From Macrostomum lignano (Eukaryota): 64,000 bases of DNA. Shown piece by piece: positions 45,211 to 58,248 of the stretch; position 1 is the first letter of the stretch; each line of letters opens with the position of its first letter. The notes beneath the pieces are model-generated. The model was not told the DNA's origin. It saw only the letters and a program-made list of their open reading frames with translations, and searched no databases. The DNA lies in contig NIVC01003501.1 of the NCBI GenBank assembly GCA_002269645.1, positions 1 to 64,000 of the forward strand, in the 5' to 3' direction. A program made the translations under genes and the position numbers.

Positions 45211-45569
45211 TATAATGGTTTAATGTACGTAAAAATTCCTTTATTATAATTTTTGGTAATATACCTTTTTGCTTCCTAATTGGTTTTTACTGCGTCCAAT
45301 TCGGTGCGCTGCAAACAGCCCAGCAGAGTCATTCACCACAGAATATATAATATAAAATACCAAATAGGACGCTACAAGGTCGTATTAACCTGCAGCTGGA
45401 ACCATTTCAATCAGATATTGTTTTAGCTCGTATTGTTGGCCATAGACTGCCGATTCCCAAACTTCGCGAATGTTTGCTATTTAAACCTTGTTTGCAATGA
45501 AATACTCGCAATCCAACGACCAAAATACGTGCTAAGCTAAGCCACTTTATTGTAGTTGTCTGATTCTAC

Positions 45570-47731
<2,162 letters not shown>

Positions 47732-48371
47732 CTGTATATTGTACATTGTACAGAGTATACATTATAGTGCAGTTATAGCGCATGCATTATTGGCATTTTA
47801 TATATAGCTAATGTGTAAACCTATGTAGCTGGCTATATACATGTACGAGCGTATATTTCATGCAGCTAACAGCATCCATAAGATCGGATAAATTCAGAAA
47901 TGAAAGCTGGCCAAGAGTGCATCTTTTGTCTGTGCGCATCTTTCAGGATAATAGAACAATTCCCATTTTTGTTTTCAAGAGATCTGCCGTTTACCAATGC
48001 AGCTTAATAGCAATTAATGTACATGTTTTTTATGATCAGCTGTTAATACAGAACATGCAGCTACTGTATAAACGAAAAATATACTTGTGTTGAAAACAAT
48101 ATTGCTTACAGGCTTACGCAGCCATGCACTATAACCAACAAATAAGCAGGTGTATCTTCAATTTAAATTTTAATATGTAGTAATATATGTACTTTTTTTA
48201 TTCATTACAAAAACACATTAATTGCGATGTTTTATAAAGATGTGCAGAAAGCAGTGTAATTTCCGATAAATATGACTTACATGTATAAACTCGTCCATTT
48301 TACTCGTACAAATTTTTTTATGATGGTTGCAAAGTTTTACACATATTTTAGACAACTATAGAATTCTTGTG

Positions 48372-48672
48372 GGAGGGGGGGTTGTGGCCTTGTGGTTAGA
48401 GCGTCGGACTATACTGTACGACTTAAAGTTCGGGGGACCCACTCGGAAAGTGTCCTTGAGCAACATACTTAACTCTGCATTGCTTCAGTTCACCCATGTA
48501 AAATGGGTGCCAGCATTAGCTGGAGTAATTGAGGGTTTGTGTTGCGACCCCCCAGTCCTTGGACTGAACAGCCTTACGCAGCCTCCAGATGAGCCGCGCA
48601 ATAGCTGCGCGGCTGAGCTGTCGCGGTTGCACGTCTGCTCAATTAAGGCAGGAGGAATATATTATTATTATT
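48372..48672 (+). mobile_element. SINE family B, copy 4
   Basis: More diverged head, same core and body, (TTA)n tail. Confidence 0.88.
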
Positions 48673-48969
48673 ACCATTATTAGTATTCTTGTAACTTTTC
48701 TTAGCACAAAAAGCAGAAAATATTGATCATGACACTAAAAGTTTCAAATTGCAAAGATGTAGGCCGCACGCTACACTCTCTGCCTCACATTATTCATGAC
48801 TCACCCTCTGGCCTAAACTTGTTTACCGATTCTCGATCAATCACACATCGCTTCACCCCCACCCCCGATATTGACTAATAAATATATTAAGCAAACAAAA
48901 CCACACAGAGGCCACCCTTTTCGGCACGCAAACGTATAGACTTCACATTGGCATCGCAAGCAGTCAGAA

Positions 48970-49754
48970 TGTCTGTGCCTCTGCAGCTACCCCCGCATGA
49001 GCAGTTTAATGATCAAACAGAGCAACACAACCTCTCGGCAAAGTGGGAGGAGTGGTCCGGCCGTTTCAAAAGGTTTGTCGCAGCCAGTGGCATCACAAGT
49101 GCGGACCAGCAGCGCGAAATTCTTCTCTACGTAGGCGGCAAGCAGCTGGCGGACACATCCAAAGAGCTGAATCGACCTGGAAAGTCTCTTGACGATCTGA
49201 TCGAGGCATTCAGGACTCACTACAGCGACAGGCACAACCCTGTGTTTGTCAGGTACGAATTCCGGCATTGCATCAGCAAACTGGCGAGTCACTGGACGCC
49301 TGGACACAGCGCCTCTACGCAGCAGCCGAGGGCTGCGAGTTCGGGTCGCAGCACGACTTGCTCATCCGAGACCAAATAGTGGCCGGCTGCAGATCCGTTC
49401 AGCTCCGGCGGACACTCCTTCAAACTCGAAGCATCAGCCTCAAGGACGCACTGCAGCAAGCAATAGCCTTCGAGGCGGCGGAACTTCAGTCAGCAGCCAT
49501 CGAAGCGCGGAACAACGAGACGATAAACTCGATCCAGCGAAAACGCCACGGCCAGGAGTCCCGATCGGAAGCCAAATGCATTCGGTGCGGAGAGCTGGGC
49601 CACCGCACGTGCGAATTGGCAAGAGGGAAAACCTACCATAAATGCAACAAAATCGGACACCTGGCGAAGGCCTGCTTGTCCAGCCCCGGCGGATTCGATG
49701 AGAAAGTGCACGTGGTATCGGCCCAGGGGCGAACCGAGCCAGAGGACCTGGAGA
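48970..49754 (+). pseudogene. gag: Gypsy gag with two CCHC knuckles; -1 frameshift at about 49268
   Basis: WEEWSGRF..LLYVGG..VFVRYEFR / QQTGESLDAWTQRL..GCEFG..LIRDQIVAG..CIRCGELGHRTC..YHKCNKIGHLAKAC. Confidence 0.88.
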
Positions 49755-49857
49755 CTTGACTTACTTGACTTAGCTGCAGGGCGGTCCGAAGACGCAGCGG
49801 GGAGGCGAGCGTCGCCCATTCCGCTAATTCCTGAAAGGCCCGCATAGACTAGGCCGG

Positions 49858-52800
49858 TCAGGGAGGTCTGCCGGTCCTGTCTGCAGCGATGTCTTCGGTG
49901 GGGAAGACGGAGGCTCGCTTGGTGGCCCGGAGGAACCGGATGAGCCGTGGGATGTTCTTGGGCCGGCAAACGTCGTCCAGGGACGGGTTGGGCCCGAGGT
50001 GGTTGAGCCGGTCTTGGTTGAAGGCCGGGCAGTAGCAGACGAAGTGCTTGGCGTCTTCGTTCTCGAGGTTGCAGAAGGGGCAGAGTTCGCTCCGGCGGGC
50101 ACTTCGGAGGAAACAGTGCCTGGCAAAGCAACCGTGACCTGTGAAGGTCATTGTGAGAGCGCGGATATCTTTTCGATTTTGGTTCAAACGGATTCTCCGC
50201 GGCTTGAGGGACGGATTGGGCACTGCCGCACGGGATTGGCGGCAGTTGGAGATACCATCCTATCTGCGCAAGTGCAGGATGTCCGCCCAGTCGTTAATCT
50301 GACGATTAATGACAGTGGCGGGGATGGGGGCCAGGGGCACGGGGCCAAGGAGCGAGCCGGAACAGCTCGCCTTAGCGAGGGAGTCGGCGAGCTCGTTACC
50401 TTTGAAGCCGGCGTGTCCTGGGATCCACGTAAGCCGGACGGTGTTCCTCCGAGCCAGCTTGTTGAGCTGCCCGATACAGTCGCGGACTGTTCGGGAGTTC
50501 GTAGTGGTGTGACACAGGGCCTGCAAAGCGGCCTGGCTGTCAGAGTGGAAGAATATTCTTCTGTCCTTGAAGTCCCTGCAGTGGAGCTCAGCTGCACAGG
50601 AGCTGATGGCAAGGACTTCGTTCTGGAAGACGCTGGAGAGTCTACCAGTGTGTTGGGCGTAAGTGGCGATCACGCGGCCGTTGATAAAGATGCAGACTCC
50701 AAAGCCGGATAAACCGTCTTTGGAGGATCCGTCAGTAAAGCAGTGAACCTCCTGAGGGGCCCAGCTGTCGTTGGCGTTCTCCCTAGAGAGGATAGTGACC
50801 TTGAAGCGTTGGTAGAGATTGAGGGAGCGCGGCACAGCGTCCGAAAGGACAGCCGCACTCCCACTCTCCTCCAGAACTTTAAGGCACAGGTCAGAGTGCG
50901 GCAGAAGCTTGCGCTTCGCCATCGCTCTTTGTGGCTTGAAGCTAACACCAGCCTCAATGAGCCGGCGGGTGGTTTTAGCAGCCTCGCGACGGACGAAGAT
51001 GTCCAGGGGCGGGAGGCAGAGAAAGGCGTTGAGGCCGTCAAAGGGAGCTGAGAGTGGGGCATTCAGGATCATGCGGCACGCGCGTCCCTGCACCTTTTTG
51101 AGGGCTTTGTGGCAGGTTTTAATATGCAAGGCGCTGGTCCAGACCAGTCCGGCGTAAGTGACGGCCGGCCGGACCATAGCGGTGTAGATCCACCAGAGCC
51201 GCTTCGGGGTGAGGCCCCAGGTGGTGCCGACGGCTCTGCGCAGCTGCGCAAGAATCGCGAGGGCTTTTTTGGTTTTGGCCTGAACGTGGGTGGACCAGCT
51301 CAGCCGGTGGTCCAGCGTAACGCAGACACTTGGTTTGCTTGCAGGATGGAATTTCCACCCCGTAAAGCTTTAGTGGGCGAATACGCCAGTTTACCCTGCT
51401 GGTGAACATGATCGCGACAGTTTTGGTCTCAGAGAGTCTGAGGCCGCACCTGTCCGCCCATTGTTCAGCAAAGCGAATAAAGTTTTGCAGAAGATCCCTA
51501 AGGGTTTCGGGTGACGGTCCGGATGCCACGGCTGTGACATCATTGGCGTAACCGACCTTAAGGATGGGGTCAGGATGGCTGTCCTGGAGGAGCTCATCGA
51601 CGACCATGTTCCAGAAAACTGGAGGAAGGACACTGCCCAGGAGGCTGCCTTTGCAGAGGGTTACCGTCCGTTGGTGGCCCAACAGGTGTGCGGTGGCAGT
51701 ACGGTGGCTGATCATATACATGATCCACCAGGTGAGGTGCGAGTGGGTTCCTCTAGCACGTAGAGCTCTGTCAAAAGCCTCAAAGAGGACATTATCGAAG
51801 GCTCCAACAATGTCGAGGAAGACGGCAAGAGCGTAGCCAAGAACGGCTTTCTCCAGTATATCGACCAAGACGTGAAGCGCGCTCTCCGTGGACCTGCCTG
51901 CCCGAAAGGCGTGCTGGTTCTCACTGAGCGGCTTGTTCTTCAGTTCCACAGAGAGGAGGCGCCAGAGCACCAGTCTCTCTAACAGTTTCACCAATGAGGA
52001 GGTCAGGCTAATTGGTCTGAAGGATTTAATGGACCGGTAGTCCGGTCGGCCGGGCTTGGGGATAAAAACCACCTTGGCCTCGGTCCAGGGTTTCGGAACA
52101 AAGCCGAGTACAATGCAAGCTTTCAAGAGCTGGCAAAGGTTCCGCAGGAAACCGGTGCATTTCACCGCCTCTCGCAGGAAAGCTTGCACAATTCCGTCCG
52201 GTCCTGGGGATTTGAAGGCTTTGAAGGAGGAGACTGCTTTAGTAACGCGGTCCTCCGTGATGATTGAGTCAGCCAGTACGTGTCCGCCCACTGAGTGATC
52301 AGGGGGGGGGGGTCGGGCCTGGCTGGCTCGTTCGGGAAAAACGCTGTTAGCATCGCTTCCAGTGTTTCTCCTGGGTTCTCAGTGAGCGAGCCGTCGACTA
52401 TTTTGACTGAGGAGAGTTTGGAAATTTTGTCCAGGGTGAGGGCTTTAACAATTCTGGAGGTGGGGCGGGAGCCCTCAAGTTCCTCACAGTATTCGCGGCC
52501 ACTTGTTGGTTTTGGCGTTCCTAACCTGCCTCTTGAACTCGTGGATAGAGTTCAGGTAGGCGGTTTGGTCGGCCGGGTTTTTAGTTTTTTGGGCTCTACG
52601 GTGAAGCCTTTTGGCTCTGCGACGGAGGTCGCCAAGCTGCGGGTTCCACCATGGGGCCGACTGTTTGCCTTTATATGCCTTTAGTGGACATGAGGCTTCG
52701 AAGGCAGCAGTGAGCGAGTCCATAATAAGTACGGCCGCAAATTCATCTGCTTCCTCGCAGGTGTTGATGGAGACTGGAGCGCTAGTGCAGCGATAGTTTT

Positions 52801-53563
52801 CCTCCAGGGAAAGCCTGAAGGTGGTCCAATCGGTATTCCTAGCATTCCGTTTCCAATAAAGCTGGCCTGCGTTACGGGCGCCGGCCAGCGTGAAAGAGAT
52901 GAACTTGTGATCGGAGAGGGACGCCTCAGGGAGCACCCGCCACTCCCTAGTGCTCTGGAAGAGCCTGGGCGTGGCGAGGGTGGCATCCAGCACCTCCGAT
53001 CGGCGTCCGTTATTGAAGGTAGGGGTACTATCCGAGTTACAGAACTCAAGGGTTGTAGTAGCTATATAAGCCAGGAAGTCTTCACCTCTCTGGTTAATAT
53101 CAGAACTGCCCCAGTGGGTATGGTGGGCGTTGATATCGCCTGCCACAAACAGCTCATATTTTCTGGTGGAGCAGAGCTCGACCAGTGTGACAAGCTCTCC
53201 TGGGATCATCTCGCCGTCGCCCGGTAGGTAAACCGAGGCGATGATGGCAGTCCTCCCAGGGAGTATGTCTTCGGATTGGATGACGCAGATGTCCCTGGTG
53301 GACAGGTCCGATCTGAGCCATGCGTTAATAGAACTGGACACCATGATGCAGGATCTTGGTGCCAGGTTTCCCTCCCGGGTGCCAGCGGTTAAACACTGGT
53401 AGCCGGTGGGGACATGTTGGGGGCTGCCCCTAAGCGTCCAAGGTTCCTGGATAAGGATAATCCCTGGAGCGTATTGGTCAGTGTGCCTCAAGAGGTTGAC
53501 CGAAGCAGCAATGCTGTGCTGCAGGTTGACCTGCAAGCAGTGAATGCCCTGGGAGACAGTCAT
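49858..53563 (-). pseudogene. LINE ORF2 in several frameshifted pieces: APE 53563-52497, RT about 52290-51320, RNase H about 50760-50340, C-terminal CCHC about 50090-50020
   Basis: APE: LQVNLQHS, LIQEP, SVYLP, GDINAHH..WGS, TF..LDATL, SDHKFI. RT: KSPGPDG, FRPISL, QHAFR..STESAL, FLDIVGAFD, YAND in place of YADD. RNase H: FTDGS, QNEVLAI, SDSQAAL, WIPGH..GNELADSLAK. CPFC..EDAKHFVCYC. Confidence 0.9.
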
Positions 53564-53565
53564 AT

Positions 53566-55098
53566 CTACTGTCCAGGGGAGGAGAAAAGCAACTCATTCT
53601 CAGCCTCATCGGTGAGAATTGAGTCGCCAATTTCCATTGGCTCAGGCTCAGCCGCCTCCCTAGCCGCGGCGGAGGCGGACGTGGCGCCCACGGCAGGTGA
53701 GTCACCTAGCCGCGCTGCACCGCCCTCCTCCCCAGCGACTGGGGTACGGCTGCTGCCTTCGCCTTGCGCCCCGCCGTCGGGAGTCTGAGCTCGGCCGGCA
53801 GCGTTCTCCTGGTGGTAATCCCACCAGTTGGATGGCTGAGCCGTGCCGTCGTCCAGTTCCTTCGGCTGGCTTTGAGTAGTTTTACGAGTGGCACGAGTCC
53901 GCTAAAGGTGAAGTCTCAGAGACTGAGCTTCGTCGAGTGCGCGCTGGATTAGCCCGGACCGCCGGTTACTGCGGGCGGGTCTACGTCCGCGCGAGGCAGA
54001 CTCAGCAGCGCGAATAGCCTTGTTAGGCTCGGGATCGGGTTGCTGCTGCCGCTTGGCCGGCGGAGCCTGAGCCCCAGCTCCGGGAGCGGCGCGCTTCCCG
54101 TTGTTCTTAGACTCCACCTTGCCCCCCTCGCAGCGGAGGATGGTCAGTTGGTGGAGACCAAGGTGGAGGTTTGAGCCATGCGGTAGCCGCTTGGCCCATC
54201 CCTCCGTCAGGCCGAAGATGATGACAGTGGCCCCGGTCGTGCCCTTGCGGACCGTGTTGTGGTACACAAGACCACTGGCGTAAAGATCCGGGTGCCGCTT
54301 GAGCAGGAGCTGCCGCAGCTGCTCCCCGGACTTGATCGCACTGTCGGCCGGGACCCAAATCCGATGGCGGATGGTCTTCGGCCGCTCGCTCTCCAGGGCG
54401 AAGGTCAGCTGGCCCAGGTCGCTGTGCCAGTCGAACTTGGGCAGCTGATACCGCAGGAGCTGGGTGCTCTCCTCGGATTTGCACCACAGAAGGATGCACC
54501 CGTTCGCCTTGGTGGACTTGACGATGTCCACAAAGACGCCCTCAAGGATTAGTTTGAGTAGGCCCTCGTCGATGGTACGCCACGCGACGTCGAGCTGCTC
54601 GGGCGTCAGGTCGAAATCCCCGCCGAGGATCATCACGGCGGGTTGCAGCGGCTGCTTGACCTTGGAGGCGTAGGAATCGGAGATCTTGAGCGGGGCCGCT
54701 TTGTCCTTGGAAGGCGGTAGGCCAGCAGGGTTGCCCCCCTGAGAATCCGAGGACACGGCGGTTCCTGACGGCCCAGCCGCGCCACCGGACTCCCCAGAGG
54801 GCTTCCCCACCGCGGTGGCTCCAGAAGGCCTCACCGCGGCTTGCCCGCCCTCCGCGGACGCAGCAGCAGCCCGCTTCTCCTGCCGCTTACGGTTGCGGCG
54901 GATGTTTCGCTGCCGTCGGGACTCGGCCGTGCGCGGTCGGCTAGACTGGCGGCCAGGGTGCTCGGCAGCAGCGTCAGCTGGCCCGGTTGGACCAGGTTGG
55001 ACGTTGGAGCTACCAGTGGTAGCTACCGGAGCGGCTGATCCCGGTGGGCCAGTGGCGACCGGGTCAGTTTCATTGGTAAAATTGGCGTTAGTGGCCAT
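53566..55098 (-). CDS. LINE ORF1, 398 aa to TAG 53902; the same frame stays open a further 111 codons to TAG 53566, 2 nt before the ORF2 ATG
   Basis: ATG 55098; basic and low-complexity N-terminus, globular middle; TAG-AT-ATG junction at 53568-53561. Confidence 0.8.
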
Positions 55099-55345
55099 AG
55101 CTGAAAAGCGGGGGAGGGCTACTCGTTATGCGAGTTAAGTACCCGACTGGCCGACACCCCAAGCCAGCCGGTTTGAAAAAGGGACCGCTAGCGATCGGAC
55201 TCCCCGGCCTTCCAGCCCATCGGCACGGTCAAACACCTTAGGCATTAGAGGGTACGTTAAGCAGCACCACGGCCTGCAGGCTGGTAAGCCAGACCCGCAT
55301 ACCCAAATTCGGCCGAAGCCACCGGATGGGTCACCAGCGCCGGAG

Positions 55346-55603
55346 CCCAGTCTGTCCAGCAGCCCTAGGGTCTGCCTTGAACACACGCGGGGACGAGTAC
55401 CCCTGGGTCGACTTGCGAGACAGCGTGGGGGGATCTGCGGCTGCCAGAGGCAAATAGCGGGTCCAGACCTCCCACCAGCCTTGACCTGCTAAAGATAGGG
55501 CAGGCGTAAAGCGTCGCAGACCAGCGTCGCAGCGTCACAGACTTAGCCCATAGGCCTAGTCTGTCCCATACTTCACTGGCATGCTGAATACGCCTTCGCA
55601 TGC
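55346..55603 (-). ncRNA. HDV-like self-cleaving ribozyme at the exact 5' end of the LINE
   Basis: P1 GCAUGCG (55603-55597) / CGCGUGU (55389-55383) with G1.U wobble; P2 CCCAG (55407-55403) / CUGGG (55350-55346); P3 GGG/CCC; L3 UACUCGU; P1.1 AC/GU (55382-55381); P4 55380-55355; J4/2 C-AGA with catalytic C at 55354; J1/2 of 189 nt. Confidence 0.8.
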
Positions 55604-55616
55604 GAGGACCTGGAGA

Positions 55617-56182
55617 GCAGTTGCGAGGTTTTCTGTCTCGAATCCCGACGGAATCGCCTGCCGCGCGTCAGGGCGGCCATCAGGAGCCGCAAAGCCGACC
55701 TTCTGATCGACAGCGGCGCGGGCTGCAACCTGATGAGCCTGAAGACCTTCTGGTCCATCGGAGGCAGGGCAAAGGATCTCCAGGCATACAAGCGTCGAGT
55801 GCACCCGTTCGGTTCCACGAAACCGCTGGCCACGCTCGGGATGGCCAGGCTTCGGACCGCCGTTTACAACATCAGCGCCAGCATCAAGTTCATCATCGTG
55901 AGGGAAGCGGCAACGACGATCATCGGGAGGGAGACGAGCGAAGAGCTGGGCATCCTGCGCATCTGGCCTCCGTCACGCAGCTCCTGCTTTCAGGGACACC
56001 AACGGCGAGCGCCAAGCCCCATGAGCTCAACGAGAGACCTACGACTATCTGATGGTCGGACAACGCAGCAGCGGGACCGGCAGGACTGGAGCGGAGCACG
56101 GGTGAATCGGGCTGACAACTCTGGCCTCACAGGGGCGCCGCGGAGCAACATCAGACTGAGTGGCCAGGGCAAATACAAGTAA
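55617..56182 (+). pseudogene. Gypsy aspartic protease and truncated pol remnant
   Basis: ADLLIDSGAGCNLMS..TIIGRETSEELGIL; followed by short low-complexity sequence and a stop, no RT. Confidence 0.85.
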
Positions 56183-56528
56183 TGCGAATCATTTGCACCG
56201 GCTATTGATTGCTTTCTGAAAACCCTATCGTGTCGTACCTATAAATTTACATGTACATGTAGTTGCAAACTTTTTCAATGCATTCGATTCATTGCTGCAG
56301 AACTTAACAACCCAGCTCAATGCGCTCAAGCTTTGCTGAATTTTACATTGCACTGCAATTTTTAAATTCTCTGCTATCGACTACTTGCACACTCGAATTC
56401 GTAATTATTGAATTTATTCTCCCTGATCATATACTCGCTTGCTTTAATGTAAAGCGTTCTGAACTTTATTCTCTGTTTCATGTGAATTTTTATTCCCCTG
56501 GGGAAGGGTGTAGGCCGCACGCTACACT

Positions 56529-56555
56529 CAAGGACTTCTAGACTAGAAGTCCTTG
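56529..56555. mobile_element. 27-bp perfect palindrome with 8-bp TSD inside the 3' LTR; probable DNA-transposon excision footprint
   Basis: CAAGGACTTCTA-GAC-TAGAAGTCCTTG flanked by GCTACACT (56521-56528, 56556-56563); absent from the 5' LTR, which has a single GCTACACT. Confidence 0.75.
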
Positions 56556-57642
56556 GCTACACTCTCTGCCTCACACTATTCATGACTCCCCTCTCGCTTA
56601 AACTTGTTTACCGATTCTCGACCAATCACGCATCGCTTCACCTCCACCCCCGATATTGACTAATAAAAATTAAGCAAACAAAGCCACACAGAGGCCACCC
56701 TTTTCGGCACGCAAACTTGCTTAAGACTTAATAGTTTATTCACGGCACGTCGAAAATTTCTTATCTACTTTTACTGCTTTTTAAAAGAGCAGTACGTACC
56801 GTGAAAGGTCTTGTTTATAACAAAGCTGAAAACTTATACTGGCTTTTCACGATTAAAATAGTTCTATATTTCATCATCTACAACTTATTGCTTTAAATTA
56901 TTAAAAGCTAAAGCTGTACAATAGTAAAATTAATACAATCAAAAGTTTTTTCTTCAGAATTTGACGTCGCACACGAAATAATAATATATAATGCAGGTAC
57001 GGTGAAATAGTGATATCAAATGTGACTGCATTTTCTGATAAAGTACGTCGTACTGCTTCTCAGTTTTTACTTCGAGAAAAAATAAAGTACCCTTTTATCT
57101 TACAGAGTTTGCGCTTTCCGGACGGCTTTTTATTTCATAGTGTCATAACTTACTAGACACTCACTCAAGTCAAGATGTTATAGAAGTTTTCTCTTATTAC
57201 TTTTTTTCCCATAGAATAAAGCTTGCACGTGCTTTTGTGACAGTATTCTTTTATGGCTTTTAAAATTTAAGAAATTTTTAAAAGTAACACATATCCGAAA
57301 AAATACTAAAAAATTAATATTTATTCGGTTATTAAATTAAAATAAAAAATTGAAATTAAATTAGCAGCTCTGGAATAAAAAATTAATAGAAGTCGGTCTT
57401 TGTCTCTGTGTACTATTTGTAATTATCTAAGTGGCCAAACTCATTTTAAATGCAATAATTTTTTTATCTTTTTAATTCATATAATCATTTTAAAATGGAA
57501 TTTACAAGCTTGCTAGTAGCCAACATAAAAAAAATAATAGAAAATAGTAATTAATAATTATGTTTTTATTTCATGCAAGTGGTATCCAACTAATATCTTT
57601 ATTTCAGCATCTGACGCGATCCACACTTTACATTAATTAGCC

Positions 57643-57897
57643 ATGAGCAGTGAACCAGAGAAACTAAAGCCAGTTCTTCCCCAACATGGCATGCTATTCC
57701 AAGAGCATGTTCCAGGGCCTGTGCTCTGTAAGCCGCGGCTGCTGCCATTGAAGTCATTTACATTGGAGCGTCTGGAGACTCTGCAGCGGGACGCAGAGGA
57801 TGCAGTAAAGAAGGCGGACACTGAGGCCCGCATGCAGGCTGGGGCTGTGCTGTACCAGGCTGAGGAGGATGCTGGCGCTATGCTGGAAGCCAGTTGA
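57643..57897 (+). CDS. BBIP1: BBSome-interacting protein 1 (BBIP10/BBS18), 84 aa, single coding exon
   Basis: VLPQHGMLFQEHVPGPVLCKPRLLPLKSFTLERLETL matches the recalled BBIP1 core VLPKQGPLF.E....[21 protein letters not shown]. Confidence 0.92.
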   Translation: MSSEPEKLKPVLPQHGMLFQEHVPGPVLCKPRLLPLKSFTLERLETLQRDAEDAVKKADTEARMQAGAVLYQAEEDAGAMLEAS

Positions 57898-58058
57898 TCT
57901 CCTGCTGACAAAATATTGTTTAAAAGCAATATTTTTCCATGGCTTTTTCAAATTTTATTCGTCTTTAAAATACAAGCGGTCTCAACTCTGTATCTAAATG
58001 TACAATTTTGCCCAAGGCTAAAGATCTACTTAATTTCTCTTTAATGATAACCTGCATT

Positions 58059-58248
58059 CAGTGGCGTAGCCAGGATTTCCTTCTGGGGGGGGGGGGGGGG
58101 TCACAGTCAGTCACAGGCTCACAGTGGCAACCGGGGGCAGCTAGGGGTGCTAGGCCTCTGCGACGGGGGAGGGGGCCTGAAAATTTGGCCTGGATCAGCC
58201 GGCTGGGGGGGTTCATGACCCCCATGACCCCCTGTGGCTACGCCCCTG
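58059..58248. mobile_element. hAT-type MITE, 190 bp
   Basis: TIRs CAGTGGCGTAGCC / GGCTACGCCCCTG; perfect 8-bp TSD CCTGCATT (58051-58058, 58249-58256). Confidence 0.9.

Larger units (their letters stand above)
49755..55603 (-). mobile_element. Full-length non-LTR retrotransposon, 5,849 bp, ORF1 + ORF2 (APE-RT-RNaseH-CCHC), LOA/Lian-like
   Basis: 13-bp TSD GAGGACCTGGAGA (49742-49754, 55604-55616); removing it restores an in-frame gag-pro (EPEDLE-SSCEVFCL..LLIDSG). 3' tail (TAAGTCAAG)2. Clade call rests on RNase H plus QVNLQHS and VRPAVTYAGLVW motifs (inference). Confidence 0.93.
48758..56716 (+). mobile_element. Ty3/Gypsy (Mag-like) LTR retrotransposon, internally deleted (gag plus protease only), interrupted by a LINE
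   Basis: 5' LTR 48758-48947 (TGT..ACA) followed by TTGGCATCG putative PBS; gag 48970-49754; protease after 55617; polypurine tract GGGGAAGGG 56500-56508; 3' LTR from 56509, about 90% identical to the 5' LTR with a degraded end; no RT or integrase motifs seen. Confidence 0.9.

Noticed and set aside
44554-45249. WLVG/TNQP repeat ORFs
   Set aside because: (CAAC)n translation
55422-55428. Alternative proximal P1 strand (CCACGCU) for the ribozyme
   Set aside because: Only 5 of 7 pairs and no G1; the 5'-terminal GCAUGCG pairs 7 of 7 and matches the TSD junction
57643-57897. Ciliary gene cluster (LRRC23 + BBIP1)
   Set aside because: Two genes 30 kb apart with unrelated genes between them; no X-box found at either promoter; chance is sufficient
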